Assembly: GCA_964619625.1 (NCBI GenBank)
Contig: CAZUFD010000002.1
Span: forward strand, 14,582-78,581
Direction of reading: 5' to 3'
DNA length: 64,000 nucleotides
Origin: an uncultured Gammaproteobacteria bacterium
Lineage (GTDB): Bacteria > Patescibacteriota > Patescibacteriia > Magasanikbacterales > GWA2-37-8
The notes beneath the pieces are model-generated. The model was not told the DNA's origin. It saw nothing but the letters and a program-made list of their open reading frames with translations, and did no database searches. The position numbers and the translations under genes were made by a program. Positions 37,267-46,300 of the stretch are shown here, in pieces (positions within the stretch are counted from its first letter, which is position 1; the number at the start of each line of letters is the position of its first letter).

Positions 37267-37299
37267 AAAAAAACAAGGCCCATCAGAACCTTGTTTTTT
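37267..37299 (-). terminator. Intrinsic terminator (hairpin is bidirectional)
   Basis: Stem AACAAGG / CCTTGTT with loop CCCATCAGAA, flanked by an A-run and a T-run. It lies downstream of DUF1761 gene 37318..37734. Confidence 0.55.
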
Positions 37300-37317
37300 G
37301 AAGTCTATAATTTAAAT

Positions 37318-37734
37318 TTATACCCAAGCGCCAATAATCGCGCCCGCGGCTAGCAAAGTAACTAACATATTCAAACTTTCCAACCAGAATAATGTTTTGT
37401 TTCCGCCCCAGAGCACATCACCAACTTTAACGGGCAAAACAAAACCAAACCACATGATAAAGCCGCTCATAGCTCCGTTTGCCCAACCAATCTGAGCAAA
37501 ACCAACAATTATTCCGGCCAACACATAAAACATCACCAGACTGGCAATAAATTGCCCTGCATAGCTCATCCACATCTTTTTCTTCATGGCCGCCTGCTGT
37601 TCCGGCGTCCATTTATCCATACCCATAGCAGCCATAAACTTTTTGCCAAACAAAGGCCCATACCAAATACTGCCAATAACCATAGAGGCTACTGCAGCAG
37701 CTAATATCGCCCAACAATTAACGCTTGCCCACAT
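37318..37734 (-). CDS. DUF1761-family membrane protein
   Basis: Four TM helices. MWASVNCWAILAAAVASMVIGSIWYGPLFGKKFM resembles the DUF1761 N-terminus. Confidence 0.6.
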   Translation of the reverse strand: MWASVNCWAILAAAVASMVIGSIWYGPLFGKKFMAAMGMDKWTPEQQAAMKKKMWMSYAGQFIASLVMFYVLAGIIVGFAQIGWANGAMSGFIMWFGFVLPVKVGDVLWGGNKTLFWLESLNMLVTLLAAGAIIGAWV

Positions 37735-37759
37735 ACGAATTTTAAATTAAAAAATTAAA

Positions 37760-38197
37760 CTAACGTAATAGATAAACTGATATAAAAAGCACTATAAAAT
37801 TTATTGCCGACAGCACGCACCACGTGCAAAAAGCTTTCAACACTACTGCTTGCACATAAGTAAAGTACATTGAAAATAAAAAACCAATCGTAACAATGAC
37901 TGTAATTGGCCAGAACGGCGCAAGCCCTTGGGTAAATAAAATAGAAAAAAATATAATACCCGCATACATAGCAAGCCCTAAAAATGCATTTGGGATGCCA
38001 AACATTCTGCTCTGCGGACTAGACTGCACTTTCGCGCACCATTCTGCTGGAAAGAACCAACAGGCCACCGGCGTCTTTTTTATGGCATGATAAGATAAGT
38101 ATATGGTATCTAAAATTCCAATACCGGCAAATATGAAAATTAGTGTCAAATAGAGCGGCATAAATTTAAATAATAAATTATTCAGTAGTCTTTCCAT
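37760..38197 (-). CDS. Vitamin K epoxide reductase (VKOR) family protein
   Basis: Polytopic membrane protein with a loop Cys pair (CWFFPAEWC) and the TM CxxC motif (CTWC) characteristic of bacterial VKOR homologues. The start was chosen at MERLL; the longer N-terminal extension is probably not translated. Confidence 0.7.
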   Translation of the reverse strand: MERLLNNLLFKFMPLYLTLIFIFAGIGILDTIYLSYHAIKKTPVACWFFPAEWCAKVQSSPQSRMFGIPNAFLGLAMYAGIIFFSILFTQGLAPFWPITVIVTIGFLFSMYFTYVQAVVLKAFCTWCVLSAINFIVLFISVYLLR

Positions 38198-38573
38198 CAA
38201 AATACTCTTCGTTAGTTTCGGCCTCTGCTTTTGTTTTAGCAATGACCCCGTCTTGATGGTTTGGTGGTGAATATAGAGTATATAATTTGAGCGGTTTATC
38301 AGAAGTAGTATTGATGATGTTGTGTTTTGTTCCAGCTGGAACGACAACTACAAATCCATCACTTATTATGTGTTCAACATCATCCAGAACTGCTTTCCCT
38401 TTGCCTGATTCACATCTAATAAACTGGTCTAACTGATGCACTTCCGCGCCAATATCCTCATTTGGTAGCAAACTCATCACAACCAGTTGACTGTTTTTAG
38501 CAGTATACAAAACTTTCCTAAAATAATCATTCCCTAAAGAAATTTTTTCTATATTTGCTACATATCCTTTCAT
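38178..38573 (-). CDS. Cupin-domain protein
   Basis: 131 aa. The two-His/Glu pattern GAEVHQLDQFIRCESGKG...VVVPAGTKHNI fits a cupin beta-barrel. Confidence 0.65.
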   Translation of the reverse strand: MKGYVANIEKISLGNDYFRKVLYTAKNSQLVVMSLLPNEDIGAEVHQLDQFIRCESGKGKAVLDDVEHIISDGFVVVVPAGTKHNIINTTSDKPLKLYTLYSPPNHQDGVIAKTKAEAETNEEYFDGKTTE

Positions 38574-38681
38574 AGAAAATATTGTGAATTATTAAATTTT
38601 AATTTAACACACTTATACTCTATTATTTATAGTACCTTTTTAGATTACTTTTGTCTATTTAGTTCTAATCATACGCCATAT

Positions 38682-38711
38682 ATCAAAATAACCGCTTAGG
38701 GTTAAGCGGTT
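38682..38711 (-). terminator. Intrinsic terminator downstream of tRNA-Trp
   Basis: 9-bp stem AACCGCTTA / TAAGCGGTT, followed on the minus strand by ATTTTGATAT. Confidence 0.55.
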
Positions 38712-38724
38712 ATTTCGGTCTGTG

Positions 38725-38796
38725 CAGGCCCGCTCGGATTCGAACCGAGAACCTCGGTTTTGGAGACCGATGTTTTACCATTGAAACTACAGGCCT
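38725..38796 (-). tRNA. tRNA-Trp (anticodon CCA)
   Basis: Minus-strand cloverleaf AGGCCTG...: D-loop AGTTTCAATGGTAAAAC, anticodon stem TCGGT/ACCGA with loop CTCCAAA (anticodon CCA), T-arm GGTTCTCGGTTCGAATCCGAG. Confidence 0.8.
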
Positions 38797-38836
38797 AATG
38801 GCACAAGAGCCCCGCTAAGCGAGGCCCTCGTGGGTT

Positions 38837-38992
38837 TTACTTGGTTTCTTTATGAGTCGTGTGCTTCTTGCAAAATTTGCAGAACTTTTCCAACTCCAAA
38901 CGATTCTTCAAAACTCTTTTATTTTTGTTTGGAAAATAGTTCATACGTTTGCATTCCGTACACTCCATTTTCACCCTATTATCTTGTGACAT
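38837..38992 (-). CDS. rpmG: 50S ribosomal protein L33
   Basis: Hand translation: [51 protein letters not shown], a CxxC...CxxC L33 signature. Below the 60-aa cutoff of the ORF track. Confidence 0.8.
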   Translation of the reverse strand: MSQDNRVKMECTECKRMNYFPNKNKRVLKNRLELEKFCKFCKKHTTHKETK

Positions 38993-39025
38993 AATATAAA
39001 TAAATTATTTTTAAAACTCGACTCG

Positions 39026-39098
39026 AGCCGTTGTCGGGAATTGAACCCGAGACCTTTTCCTTACCATGGAAATGCTCTACCATCTGAGCTACAACGGC
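39026..39098 (-). tRNA. tRNA-Thr (anticodon GGU)
   Basis: Minus strand GCCGTTGTAGCTCAGATGGTAGAGCATTTCCATGGTAAGGAAAAGGTCTCGGGTTCAATTCCCGACAACGGCT. Anticodon loop ATGGTAA. Confidence 0.8.
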
Positions 39099-39103
39099 AG
39101 TTG

Positions 39104-39185
39104 TGGGTGGAGTAGGATTCGAACCTACGAAGGCGGAGCCAACAGATTTACAGTCTGCTCCCTTTGACCGCTCGGGAATCCACCC
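39104..39185 (-). tRNA. tRNA-Tyr (anticodon GUA)
   Basis: Minus strand GGGTGGATTCCCGAGCGGTCAAAGGGAGCAGACTGTAAATCTG..., with a long variable arm. Anticodon loop CTGTAAA. T-arm GTAGGTTCGAATCCTAC. Confidence 0.8.
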
Positions 39186-39213
39186 ATTTACAACACACTA
39201 TCGTGTTGCTCTG

Positions 39214-39286
39214 AGCCGTCTCGGGGATTCGAACCCCGGACCCACAGTTTACAAAACTGTTGCTCTACCAGCTGAGCTAAGACGGC
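39214..39286 (-). tRNA. tRNA-Thr (anticodon UGU)
   Basis: Minus strand GCCGTCTTAGCTCAGCTGGTAGAGCAACAGTTTTGTAAACTGTGGGTCCGGGGTTCGAATCCCCGAGACGGCT. Anticodon loop TTTGTAA. Confidence 0.8.
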
Positions 39287-39313
39287 ACTTCACTGGCCTC
39301 GTCATGCCAGTCT

Positions 39314-40216
39314 TTATATTTTATAAATTCTATCTTTAAGGCTATGTAATTTCTGATTTTCGGGATTGACTAACCGCAAATCGCCATACGCCTTGATAGC
39401 TAATGGCTTATCGCCGCATATTATAGCAATTTCAATCAGGAAGTCAAGGTACTTTGGATTTTGAGGTTCTAGCTCTACAGCCTGCAATATGGACTCTTTA
39501 GCCACCTGGGGCTGGCCAACCTTTAACAGCAGTTCGGAAAGGTGGAAAAACCGAGGTGAAAACGAATCATTGACCAAAACCGCCCGTTGGTAATACTCTA
39601 TCGCCTCTTCCAAATCGCCCTGACTTTCGGCAATTTCAGCTAGTTTTACGAGGACACTGTCATCATCCGGCTCCATTTTGATAAGGAACTGATACGTTTG
39701 CCTGGCTTCTTCTACGGAATTTTTAGCTAGATATGTATCGCCTAGTCCTCTATACGCGCTCGTGGATTTAGGGTCATTTTTTATGGCTGTAATAAATCGC
39801 TCTTCGGCTTGATCGTAATTTCCCTCATTTAAATGCTGCTCGCCCTCAATTATTAACTGTGATAATTTTTCTTCTTGGTTTTCCACCGGCAGAGCTTCAT
39901 TCTTTAATTTTGTTTTTAATACCTGTTCGTGATGCAGCATGCGTTCAATTTTACCGACATAAATTCTAAATTGCAGCTGCAGTTTGCCCCACAATGCTTT
40001 GCGCAGCGGCCCAAAGATTTTCACGATCTTTTTTTTGAGCAAACTTGTATTTTCTTCAATGCGTTTATTTATAATCTCCTTTTTCTTGCGATATATTTTT
40101 TCTTCCTGCAAATTTTTAATATCTAAATTGGCGAGCTGCGGAAATTTATGAATAACAACAAACACGACTACTCCCAAGGCAACGGCACCGATTATTAAAA
40201 ATATCGCGGACAACAT
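39314..40216 (-). CDS. Membrane-anchored tetratricopeptide-repeat protein
   Basis: N-terminal TM helix, then several TPR-like 34-aa repeats (YRGLGDTYLAKNSVEEARQTYQFLIKMEPDD...). Confidence 0.7.
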   Translation of the reverse strand: MLSAIFLIIGAVALGVVVFVVIHKFPQLANLDIKNLQEEKIYRKKKEIINKRIEENTSLLKKKIVKIFGPLRKALWGKLQLQFRIYVGKIERMLHHEQVLKTKLKNEALPVENQEEKLSQLIIEGEQHLNEGNYDQAEERFITAIKNDPKSTSAYRGLGDTYLAKNSVEEARQTYQFLIKMEPDDDSVLVKLAEIAESQGDLEEAIEYYQRAVLVNDSFSPRFFHLSELLLKVGQPQVAKESILQAVELEPQNPKYLDFLIEIAIICGDKPLAIKAYGDLRLVNPENQKLHSLKDRIYKI

Positions 40217-40222
40217 ATATAT

Positions 40223-40969
40223 TTATCTAAAAGAATCTACAATCGCTTCCCAGCTTTCCATGTTTGCCGAGGCTGCGCCGACAAGCACGCCGTTAATATT
40301 TGGATTATTTAAATACTGTTGCACGTTTTCCGGACGCACGCTGCCGCCATAGAGAATCACAGGCGCAATACCGGTTAAGGCTATGACTTGTTTTTTGATC
40401 AGTTCATGCATGCGTTCGGCTTCTACCGGATCACAGGCCTGGCCGGTGCCGATTGCCCAAACAGGCTCGTAAGCCACAATAAGCTCTCTGTTTTCAGGCC
40501 AGGCAATAGTATGGAACGCAGATCTGATTTGAGTTTCAATTGTCTCTTCAGTTTTATTACTCTGTCTTTCATGTTCTGTTTCACCCACACAAATTACGGG
40601 CACAAGACTCGCGGCCAGCGCGGCTTCTACTTTTTGTCTGACCTCGTGATTGGTCTCATTAAATATATGACGCCGTTCAGAATGACCCACCAGCGCGTAG
40701 GTACAACCCGCGGCTTTATACATAAGGGCTGAAATTTCGCCGGTATAACCGCCTTTATCTACCCAATAAACATTTTGTGCGCCGACACTAATAGGCGTAT
40801 CTTTTAAAGTTTTAGATACATCGGACAGCGCCAGAGCGCTTGGAAAAACCGCCATAACAATATGTTCCGGCAGCGTTAACTTTTTCGCGAGCGCCAAAGC
40901 CAATGCCTCACTTTCACTGTGATCCAAGTACATTTTCCAATTGGCGAATAAATATTTTTTGTCGCTCAT
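40223..40969 (-). CDS. tpiA: Triose-phosphate isomerase
   Basis: ANWKMY, GAQNVYW..GGYTGEIS, LVGHSERR, and an AYEPVWAIGTG-type block. Confidence 0.92.
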   Translation of the reverse strand: MSDKKYLFANWKMYLDHSESEALALALAKKLTLPEHIVMAVFPSALALSDVSKTLKDTPISVGAQNVYWVDKGGYTGEISALMYKAAGCTYALVGHSERRHIFNETNHEVRQKVEAALAASLVPVICVGETEHERQSNKTEETIETQIRSAFHTIAWPENRELIVAYEPVWAIGTGQACDPVEAERMHELIKKQVIALTGIAPVILYGGSVRPENVQQYLNNPNINGVLVGAASANMESWEAIVDSFR

Positions 40970-41010
40970 ATTTATCCTATTAAAGGTGAATTATTTTTAA
41001 ATAAAGTGAG

Positions 41011-42297
41011 TTAGTGTTTTAACAACTCTAAAACTTTGGCTTTGTTCATTGGGCTGATAACGGCAAAACGAGCTTGGCTCATATTAAATATTTTATTAGC
41101 TATTCGTTTTACATCCGCGGCTGTAACCTTATTTATTTTTTTCACCACTTGTTCGTATGTTTGAATTGTGTCGGCAAACCAAAACTGCTTGGAAAACCAT
41201 TGGGCCTGGGCGCTGGAATTTTCCATTGATAATTCCATGCGTCCGGCAATATTGCTTTTCGCATCCGCCAGTTCTTTAGCCGAAACTGTTTCTTTTTGAA
41301 TTTTTTCTAACTCGGTTTTTATCACTTTCACGGCATCCCCCAGTCTGGATGGATCAAGACCGGCTTGAATACTGGCAATACCGACATCTTTAAAAGATCC
41401 GGAATCAGTACGAACCACATACGCTAAACCTCGCTTTTCGCGCACTTCCACAAACAGTCGCGAACTCATGCCGCCGCCTAAAATATTTAAGAGCACCGAG
41501 AGCGCGTATCTGTCTTTATCATTATAATGAAGACCGGGAAAACCCATAATCATCTGCGCTTGATCCAGTTTTCTTTCGGAAACCATGACTCTGTCAGCCA
41601 ACGGCAGCGCTTTATTGCTCCAGACAAATTTTTTAAATTTATTTTTTAATTCTTTTTCCCCGGCGCCGGTAGGAGCATTAAAACAGTTGAGGGCTTTTTT
41701 TAATTTTGACTCATTTATGTTACCGGCTACCACAAGCACCATATTGCCCGGGAAATAATAATTCTTATAGTATTTCCATAACTGCTCGCGACTTACACCG
41801 CGTACGGTTTCCGGCGTACCGCCGATATCCCATCCGAGCGGATGATCATCGCCAAACATTACGCGTTCGGACAAATTTTCCACGGCCATTACGGGATTAT
41901 CTTCATACATGCGAACCTCCTCCACGATCACGCCTTTTTCCTTTTCTACTTCTTCGGTTTCAAATTTAGAATTAAAAATTATATCTGCCAGCCAATCAAA
42001 GGCTTTTTCCATATTTACTTCACCGGTTTTTACGTAATAACCGGTGTAATCTTTGGAAGTAAACGCGTTATACTCCGCTCCAAACGCGTCCAGTTCACGG
42101 GTGATTTCCAAATGAGTCGGACGTTTTTTCGTGCCTTTAAACATCATGTGTTCCACGAAATGGGAAGAGCCTGACATTTGTTTTTGCTCATAACGGGAAC
42201 CAACCGGAAACATAGCCATGATAGTAAGGGCTTTGGTGCCGCTAACGGGAACCTTGATAAGCGTAATGCCATTTTTTAATTTGGAAATTTTGTACAT
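41011..42297 (-). CDS. M16-family (pitrilysin/insulinase-like) zinc peptidase
   Basis: Inverted zinc motif HFVEHMMFKGT (HxxEH) followed by a downstream Glu. Confidence 0.85.
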   Translation of the reverse strand: MYKISKLKNGITLIKVPVSGTKALTIMAMFPVGSRYEQKQMSGSSHFVEHMMFKGTKKRPTHLEITRELDAFGAEYNAFTSKDYTGYYVKTGEVNMEKAFDWLADIIFNSKFETEEVEKEKGVIVEEVRMYEDNPVMAVENLSERVMFGDDHPLGWDIGGTPETVRGVSREQLWKYYKNYYFPGNMVLVVAGNINESKLKKALNCFNAPTGAGEKELKNKFKKFVWSNKALPLADRVMVSERKLDQAQMIMGFPGLHYNDKDRYALSVLLNILGGGMSSRLFVEVREKRGLAYVVRTDSGSFKDVGIASIQAGLDPSRLGDAVKVIKTELEKIQKETVSAKELADAKSNIAGRMELSMENSSAQAQWFSKQFWFADTIQTYEQVVKKINKVTAADVKRIANKIFNMSQARFAVISPMNKAKVLELLKH

Positions 42298-42300
42298 ACG

Positions 42301-43683
42301 TTAATTATCAAACTTTTCTTTCAAATAATTTTTTAAGTCTTCCATAGCTATTCTTTCTTGGGCCATAGTATCTCTATCTCGCACCGTCACTTTTTTGTCT
42401 TCCAGTGAATCAAAATCAAGCGTTACGCAATATGGCGTACCGATTTCATCCTGGCGGCGATAGCGTTTGCCGATACTTTGGGTTTCGTCATATTCCACCG
42501 AGAAATCTTTGCGCAAGTTTGCTGCCAACTCTTTGGCTACGCTAGATAATTCTTCTTTTTTGGATAATGGTAACACTGCCACTTGAATTGGAGCCAAATG
42601 TTTTGGAAACTTCATTACGATACGCGCTTCAGTTTCGCCTTTTTCGGCGGTTGGCGCTTCTTCTTCATGATAGGCTTCAAGCAAACATACCAAGAGCATA
42701 CGATCTATACCAAAGGTAGGCTCTATAACGTGAGGGACAAATTTTTCGTTTGTTTCCGGATCAGTATAGTGTAAATCCTGGCCGCTGACGGTTTCATGCC
42801 GGGATAAATCAAAATCCGTGCGATAGGCAATGCCGTGGAGTTCTTTGACGCCAAACGGATATTTATATTCAATATCAACCGTGCGTTTGCTGTAGTGCGC
42901 TCGTTCGCCATCCGGGATTTCATGCCAAACTAAATTATCCATATTTATTTGCATAATATCCTTCCACCAGCGCTTTATTTCTCCCAGCCACATTTCAAAA
43001 ACTGTTTCCCAATCTTTTGGGCTGATAAAATACTCAAATTCACCGATTTCAAATTCACGAGTGCGGAAAATAAAATTGCCCGGCGTGATCTCGTTGCGAA
43101 AATTCTTACCAATCTGGGCAATACCAAATGGCAAACGACGGCGAGTAACATTTAAAATATTTTTGAAATTTACGAACATGCCTCCCGCGGTTTCCGGACG
43201 CAAATAGGCTGTGGTAGATGAGTCCTCGTTTACACCCAAATATGTTTTAAACATCAAATTAAACGCCTTTGGTTCTGTGAGCGCGCCCTCACAATCCGGA
43301 CATTTTAGTTCGGCAATTGTTTTAGCATTTTCTTTGTCATACCCCGGCTTGGCGCTCGCTGCTTCAAGTAAATGATCGGTGCGGAAACGGTGGTGGCATT
43401 TCTTGCATTCCACCAGTTCGTCGCTAAAATTTTGTAAGTGTCCTGACGCTTCCCAAACCTTGGGATTCATAATAATAGCCGTATCAAGCGGTACCATATC
43501 TGCTCGCTGCTGCACAAAAAATTTCCACCAAGCTTTTTTAATATTTTGTTTAAGCAAGTGTCCCAGCGGGCCATAATCCCAGCTGTTTGCCAAACCGCCA
43601 TAAATCTCGCTGCCCGGGAACACAAAACCGCGCCGTTTGGCCAGAGATACTATTTTATCCATTAAATCGTTTTGTTCTGACAT
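42301..43683 (-). CDS. glyS: Glycine--tRNA ligase (class II, alpha2 dimeric type)
   Basis: N-terminus MSEQNDLMDKIVSLAKRRGFVFPGSEIYGGLANSWDYGPLG is typical of alpha2 GlyRS, with class II motifs downstream. The start was chosen at the internal ATG; the longer ORF extends into the leader. Confidence 0.9.
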   Translation of the reverse strand: MSEQNDLMDKIVSLAKRRGFVFPGSEIYGGLANSWDYGPLGHLLKQNIKKAWWKFFVQQRADMVPLDTAIIMNPKVWEASGHLQNFSDELVECKKCHHRFRTDHLLEAASAKPGYDKENAKTIAELKCPDCEGALTEPKAFNLMFKTYLGVNEDSSTTAYLRPETAGGMFVNFKNILNVTRRRLPFGIAQIGKNFRNEITPGNFIFRTREFEIGEFEYFISPKDWETVFEMWLGEIKRWWKDIMQINMDNLVWHEIPDGERAHYSKRTVDIEYKYPFGVKELHGIAYRTDFDLSRHETVSGQDLHYTDPETNEKFVPHVIEPTFGIDRMLLVCLLEAYHEEEAPTAEKGETEARIVMKFPKHLAPIQVAVLPLSKKEELSSVAKELAANLRKDFSVEYDETQSIGKRYRRQDEIGTPYCVTLDFDSLEDKKVTVRDRDTMAQERIAMEDLKNYLKEKFDN

Positions 43684-43857
43684 ATACCTATTGACAGTTG
43701 CTAAAATTATGTTTATACTATTGGCTCCGGCATTGTAGTAAGTCAACGGGCGTTTACCTGACAGCCGCGGGATTCCCCCCTCCCAAGGCAAGGTTGCCCT
43801 TACGACACTCTACTTTGCCGGACTTTTTTTTAAATTATTATACCAAAGTTTTACTAA

Positions 43858-44005
43858 ACAAAAAAGGCCTCTGTAGGCCTTGGGGTCCCGATTCTATCGG
43901 GATGGTTCCACCCAAGTTTTTTTCGCTATTCTCAGCGAAAAACACTCTTTTGAATTACAGCTTACTCCAAAGGCGCCAACCTTCTTCATCGCTTGCCGAA
44001 CTCTG
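43858..44005 (-). promoter_or_regulatory. Candidate T-box riboswitch (Gly specifier, ultrashort Stem I) in the glyS leader
   Basis: Minus-strand elements in order: GA/K-turn motif GCGATGA...AGTAAGC; a short stem AAGG / CCTT with loop UUGGCGC carrying GGC; a Stem III-like hairpin TTTCGCT-GAGAA-TAGCGAAA; an antiterminator with helix CTTGGG, the 7-nt bulge UGGAACC, the A2 helix TCCCGAT-AGA-ATCGGGA and closing CCCAAG; then a competing terminator AAGGCCT-ACAG-AGGCCTT followed by a U6 tract. Confidence 0.45.
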
Positions 44006-44010
44006 TATAA

Positions 44011-44039
44011 ATTATACCTAAATTATGCAGAATAGTCAA
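44011..44039 (-). promoter_or_regulatory. Sigma-70-like promoter (TTGACT-N17-TATAAT) driving the T-box leader
   Basis: The minus strand reads TTGACT attctgcataatttagg TATAAT. The -35 hexamer overlaps the stop codon of the upstream gene. Confidence 0.45.
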
Positions 44040-44656
44040 TTTATATCTTTAGTGACTTCGGCAGCCACATCAATTAGATCGGCAAATTCTTTTTCCGACA
44101 ATCCAAGCTCTTCGGCCGTAAACTTAAAACCTCTTTGCATATTAAGAAATTTATTATAAAAAGCATTTCTCACTCCAGCCTCTTCCCAAGGAACTTCTTT
44201 TAAGGCTAACTTCAAAAAACCGCAAGTCACTTTACGGTTAAGCATATCTAATTCGTTTGAGGAAAGTCCTAAGTCTTTCAGCTCAATTCCCTGTTCTTTG
44301 AGTACACCGAGAGATGTTTTGACAAAAGTTGTTAGATTATCTCCGGCTCCATGCCCCGGAGCGATGATTTCCCTAAACCGCGCGGCGTAATATGCTTTAA
44401 GCAATTCTTTTGCCTTATACTCTAAATTTTCCAACATATCCGTATACATACCTGCTGCCGGATCTTTTTTCTGGGTTTTGCAGAACTCAAGGGACTTTAC
44501 CACTAAAGTTAACACCTCTTTAAAACCATCTAAAACACTGACGTTTTCTAAGTAACCGGGAAGTTTACCAAGCATGTCTTCTACCTCTTTGATCCTGTTT
44601 TTAATGTCTTGCTCCCGCTCCGCATCCTGTTTCAAAAAGTCGCCTTTTTCTGACAT
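44036..44656 (-). CDS. Hypothetical protein
   Basis: 206-aa ORF between frr and the glyS leader. No family recognised. Confidence 0.55.
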   Translation of the reverse strand: MSEKGDFLKQDAEREQDIKNRIKEVEDMLGKLPGYLENVSVLDGFKEVLTLVVKSLEFCKTQKKDPAAGMYTDMLENLEYKAKELLKAYYAARFREIIAPGHGAGDNLTTFVKTSLGVLKEQGIELKDLGLSSNELDMLNRKVTCGFLKLALKEVPWEEAGVRNAFYNKFLNMQRGFKFTAEELGLSEKEFADLIDVAAEVTKDIN

Positions 44657-44659
44657 ATA

Positions 44660-45208
44660 TTAAATTGTATTTATTTCAGCTTCTTTCTTTTCGGTAATTT
44701 CTTTTACTTTGTCATTATATTCTTTAACTGTTTTATCTAATTCTTCTTCCAAGCGATACTTTTCATCTTCGGTAACTTCGCCTCCATCTTCGGCGGCTTT
44801 TACCATTTCTTTTATTTCTTCACGCACTTTACGCAAAGCAATTCTGGCCGCTTCTTCTTTTTGGTGCAAAACTTTTATGAGTTCGCCTCTGCGTTCACTG
44901 GTAAGTTCGGGCAAAAATATGCGAATTTGACTGCCGGTGTTTACCGGATTGATGCCTAAACCGGAATCACGCACCGCTTTTTCTATGGCTTGCAGAATAC
45001 TTTTATCCCATGGATCAATATTTACGGTTTTGGCGTCCGGAATAGTAATAGAAGCCAAAGATTTTAAAGTCTGATAGGTACCATACGCTTCCACGGAAAT
45101 ATCCTCAACGATGGCTGCCGAAGCACGACCAGTACGAAGACCGGAAATATCTTCTTTAAAAAAAGTAATAGCCTTTTCAAAATCCCCCTTAAAATCTGAA
45201 ATTTGCAT
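44660..45208 (-). CDS. frr: Ribosome recycling factor
   Basis: 182 aa. Conserved RRF blocks GLRTGRASAAIVEDI and IPDAKTVNIDPWDKS, and a coiled-coil C-terminal half. Confidence 0.9.
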   Translation of the reverse strand: MQISDFKGDFEKAITFFKEDISGLRTGRASAAIVEDISVEAYGTYQTLKSLASITIPDAKTVNIDPWDKSILQAIEKAVRDSGLGINPVNTGSQIRIFLPELTSERRGELIKVLHQKEEAARIALRKVREEIKEMVKAAEDGGEVTEDEKYRLEEELDKTVKEYNDKVKEITEKKEAEINTI

Positions 45209-45214
45209 ACGGTT

Positions 45215-46294
45215 TTATAATGTTGTAAATCCTAAAAATATAGTTTTACCATTTTCTTTATTTATGAGCAGTTCTACCGGAATGGAATTAGTCGGTAGTT
45301 TTTTGGTTACCCAGTTTGCGCCGCCATCGCTCGTTTTATATAACGTAGACCGAATATTTTGATTGTTGTCTCCCAAGATTGTACCCGTGTAATACATTTC
45401 GGCAAGATTTTTTGGGTTCTGGGCAAAACCATAAATGTTTACACTGCCCGGCGGAGTAAGTAATTTTATCTCGCTCCAGCTGGCGCCGGCGTCTGCTGAG
45501 CGCAAGATACCATACTTGGAAATCCAGAACAAGTGATCTTTTTGGGTGGGGCTAAATACAAAACGGTAAAAACTCATGCTGCCGTTAAAATTTTCAAAGC
45601 CGGTGCTGGCGCTTGTCCAAGTTACGCCTTCATCTTCGGAACGATATAATCCGGTTTCATAGGCTGCGGCATACAATCGTCCGGGATTAAATGGGTCAAC
45701 TGCCAAATGCCGCAATTGAAAATTAAAACTATGCACCAAACGCCAACTGGCTCCGCCGTCTTTACTCCTAAAAATATCACCGCCCGACTGGGCCCCGTAC
45801 ACTATTTTTGAATCGGTATAATCAACCGCAATTGCGGCCATGCGCTGTGTGGGTCGCTCTTCAGAAAAAACGAGTTTCCAACTTCTCTGGCAATCGGTAG
45901 TTTTATAAATATGAGCGCCATCACTTGCGTAAATTGTACATTTATCGGTTGGGTCCACCGCTAAGGCGTAGATATATTTACCCGTCATAAACGGGCTTGC
46001 TTCCCAAGTGTCGCCATTGTCATAGCTATAATATAAACCCTGTCCTCGCGTACCCATATATAATGCTTTTGGATCGCTTGGGTCGGTAAACATTTTATAT
46101 ACCTTAGCACCCGACAAATTCTTTATGCCTTGCGCGGTAACCAAAGTATTTTTTTGCTGCCAGGTTTCACCGCCATCATTTGATGTAAACGCTCCCATCG
46201 GCCCTTGCGCGCTACCGGTAAATTGAATACAACCGGCACCGGTAAGCACTACGGCCATAACAAGCGCCGACAAGACGTATATTTTTTTAGACAT
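45215..46294 (-). CDS. Lipoprotein with BNR/Asp-box repeats (Ycf48/sialidase-like beta-propeller)
   Basis: Lipobox LTGAGC. Six S-x-D-x-G-x-T-W-type repeats (SNDGGETW, YDNGDTW, SKDGGASW, SEDEGVTW, SADAGASW, TSDGGANW). Confidence 0.75.
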   Translation of the reverse strand: MSKKIYVLSALVMAVVLTGAGCIQFTGSAQGPMGAFTSNDGGETWQQKNTLVTAQGIKNLSGAKVYKMFTDPSDPKALYMGTRGQGLYYSYDNGDTWEASPFMTGKYIYALAVDPTDKCTIYASDGAHIYKTTDCQRSWKLVFSEERPTQRMAAIAVDYTDSKIVYGAQSGGDIFRSKDGGASWRLVHSFNFQLRHLAVDPFNPGRLYAAAYETGLYRSEDEGVTWTSASTGFENFNGSMSFYRFVFSPTQKDHLFWISKYGILRSADAGASWSEIKLLTPPGSVNIYGFAQNPKNLAEMYYTGTILGDNNQNIRSTLYKTSDGGANWVTKKLPTNSIPVELLINKENGKTIFLGFTTL

Positions 46295-46300
46295 AACCCA

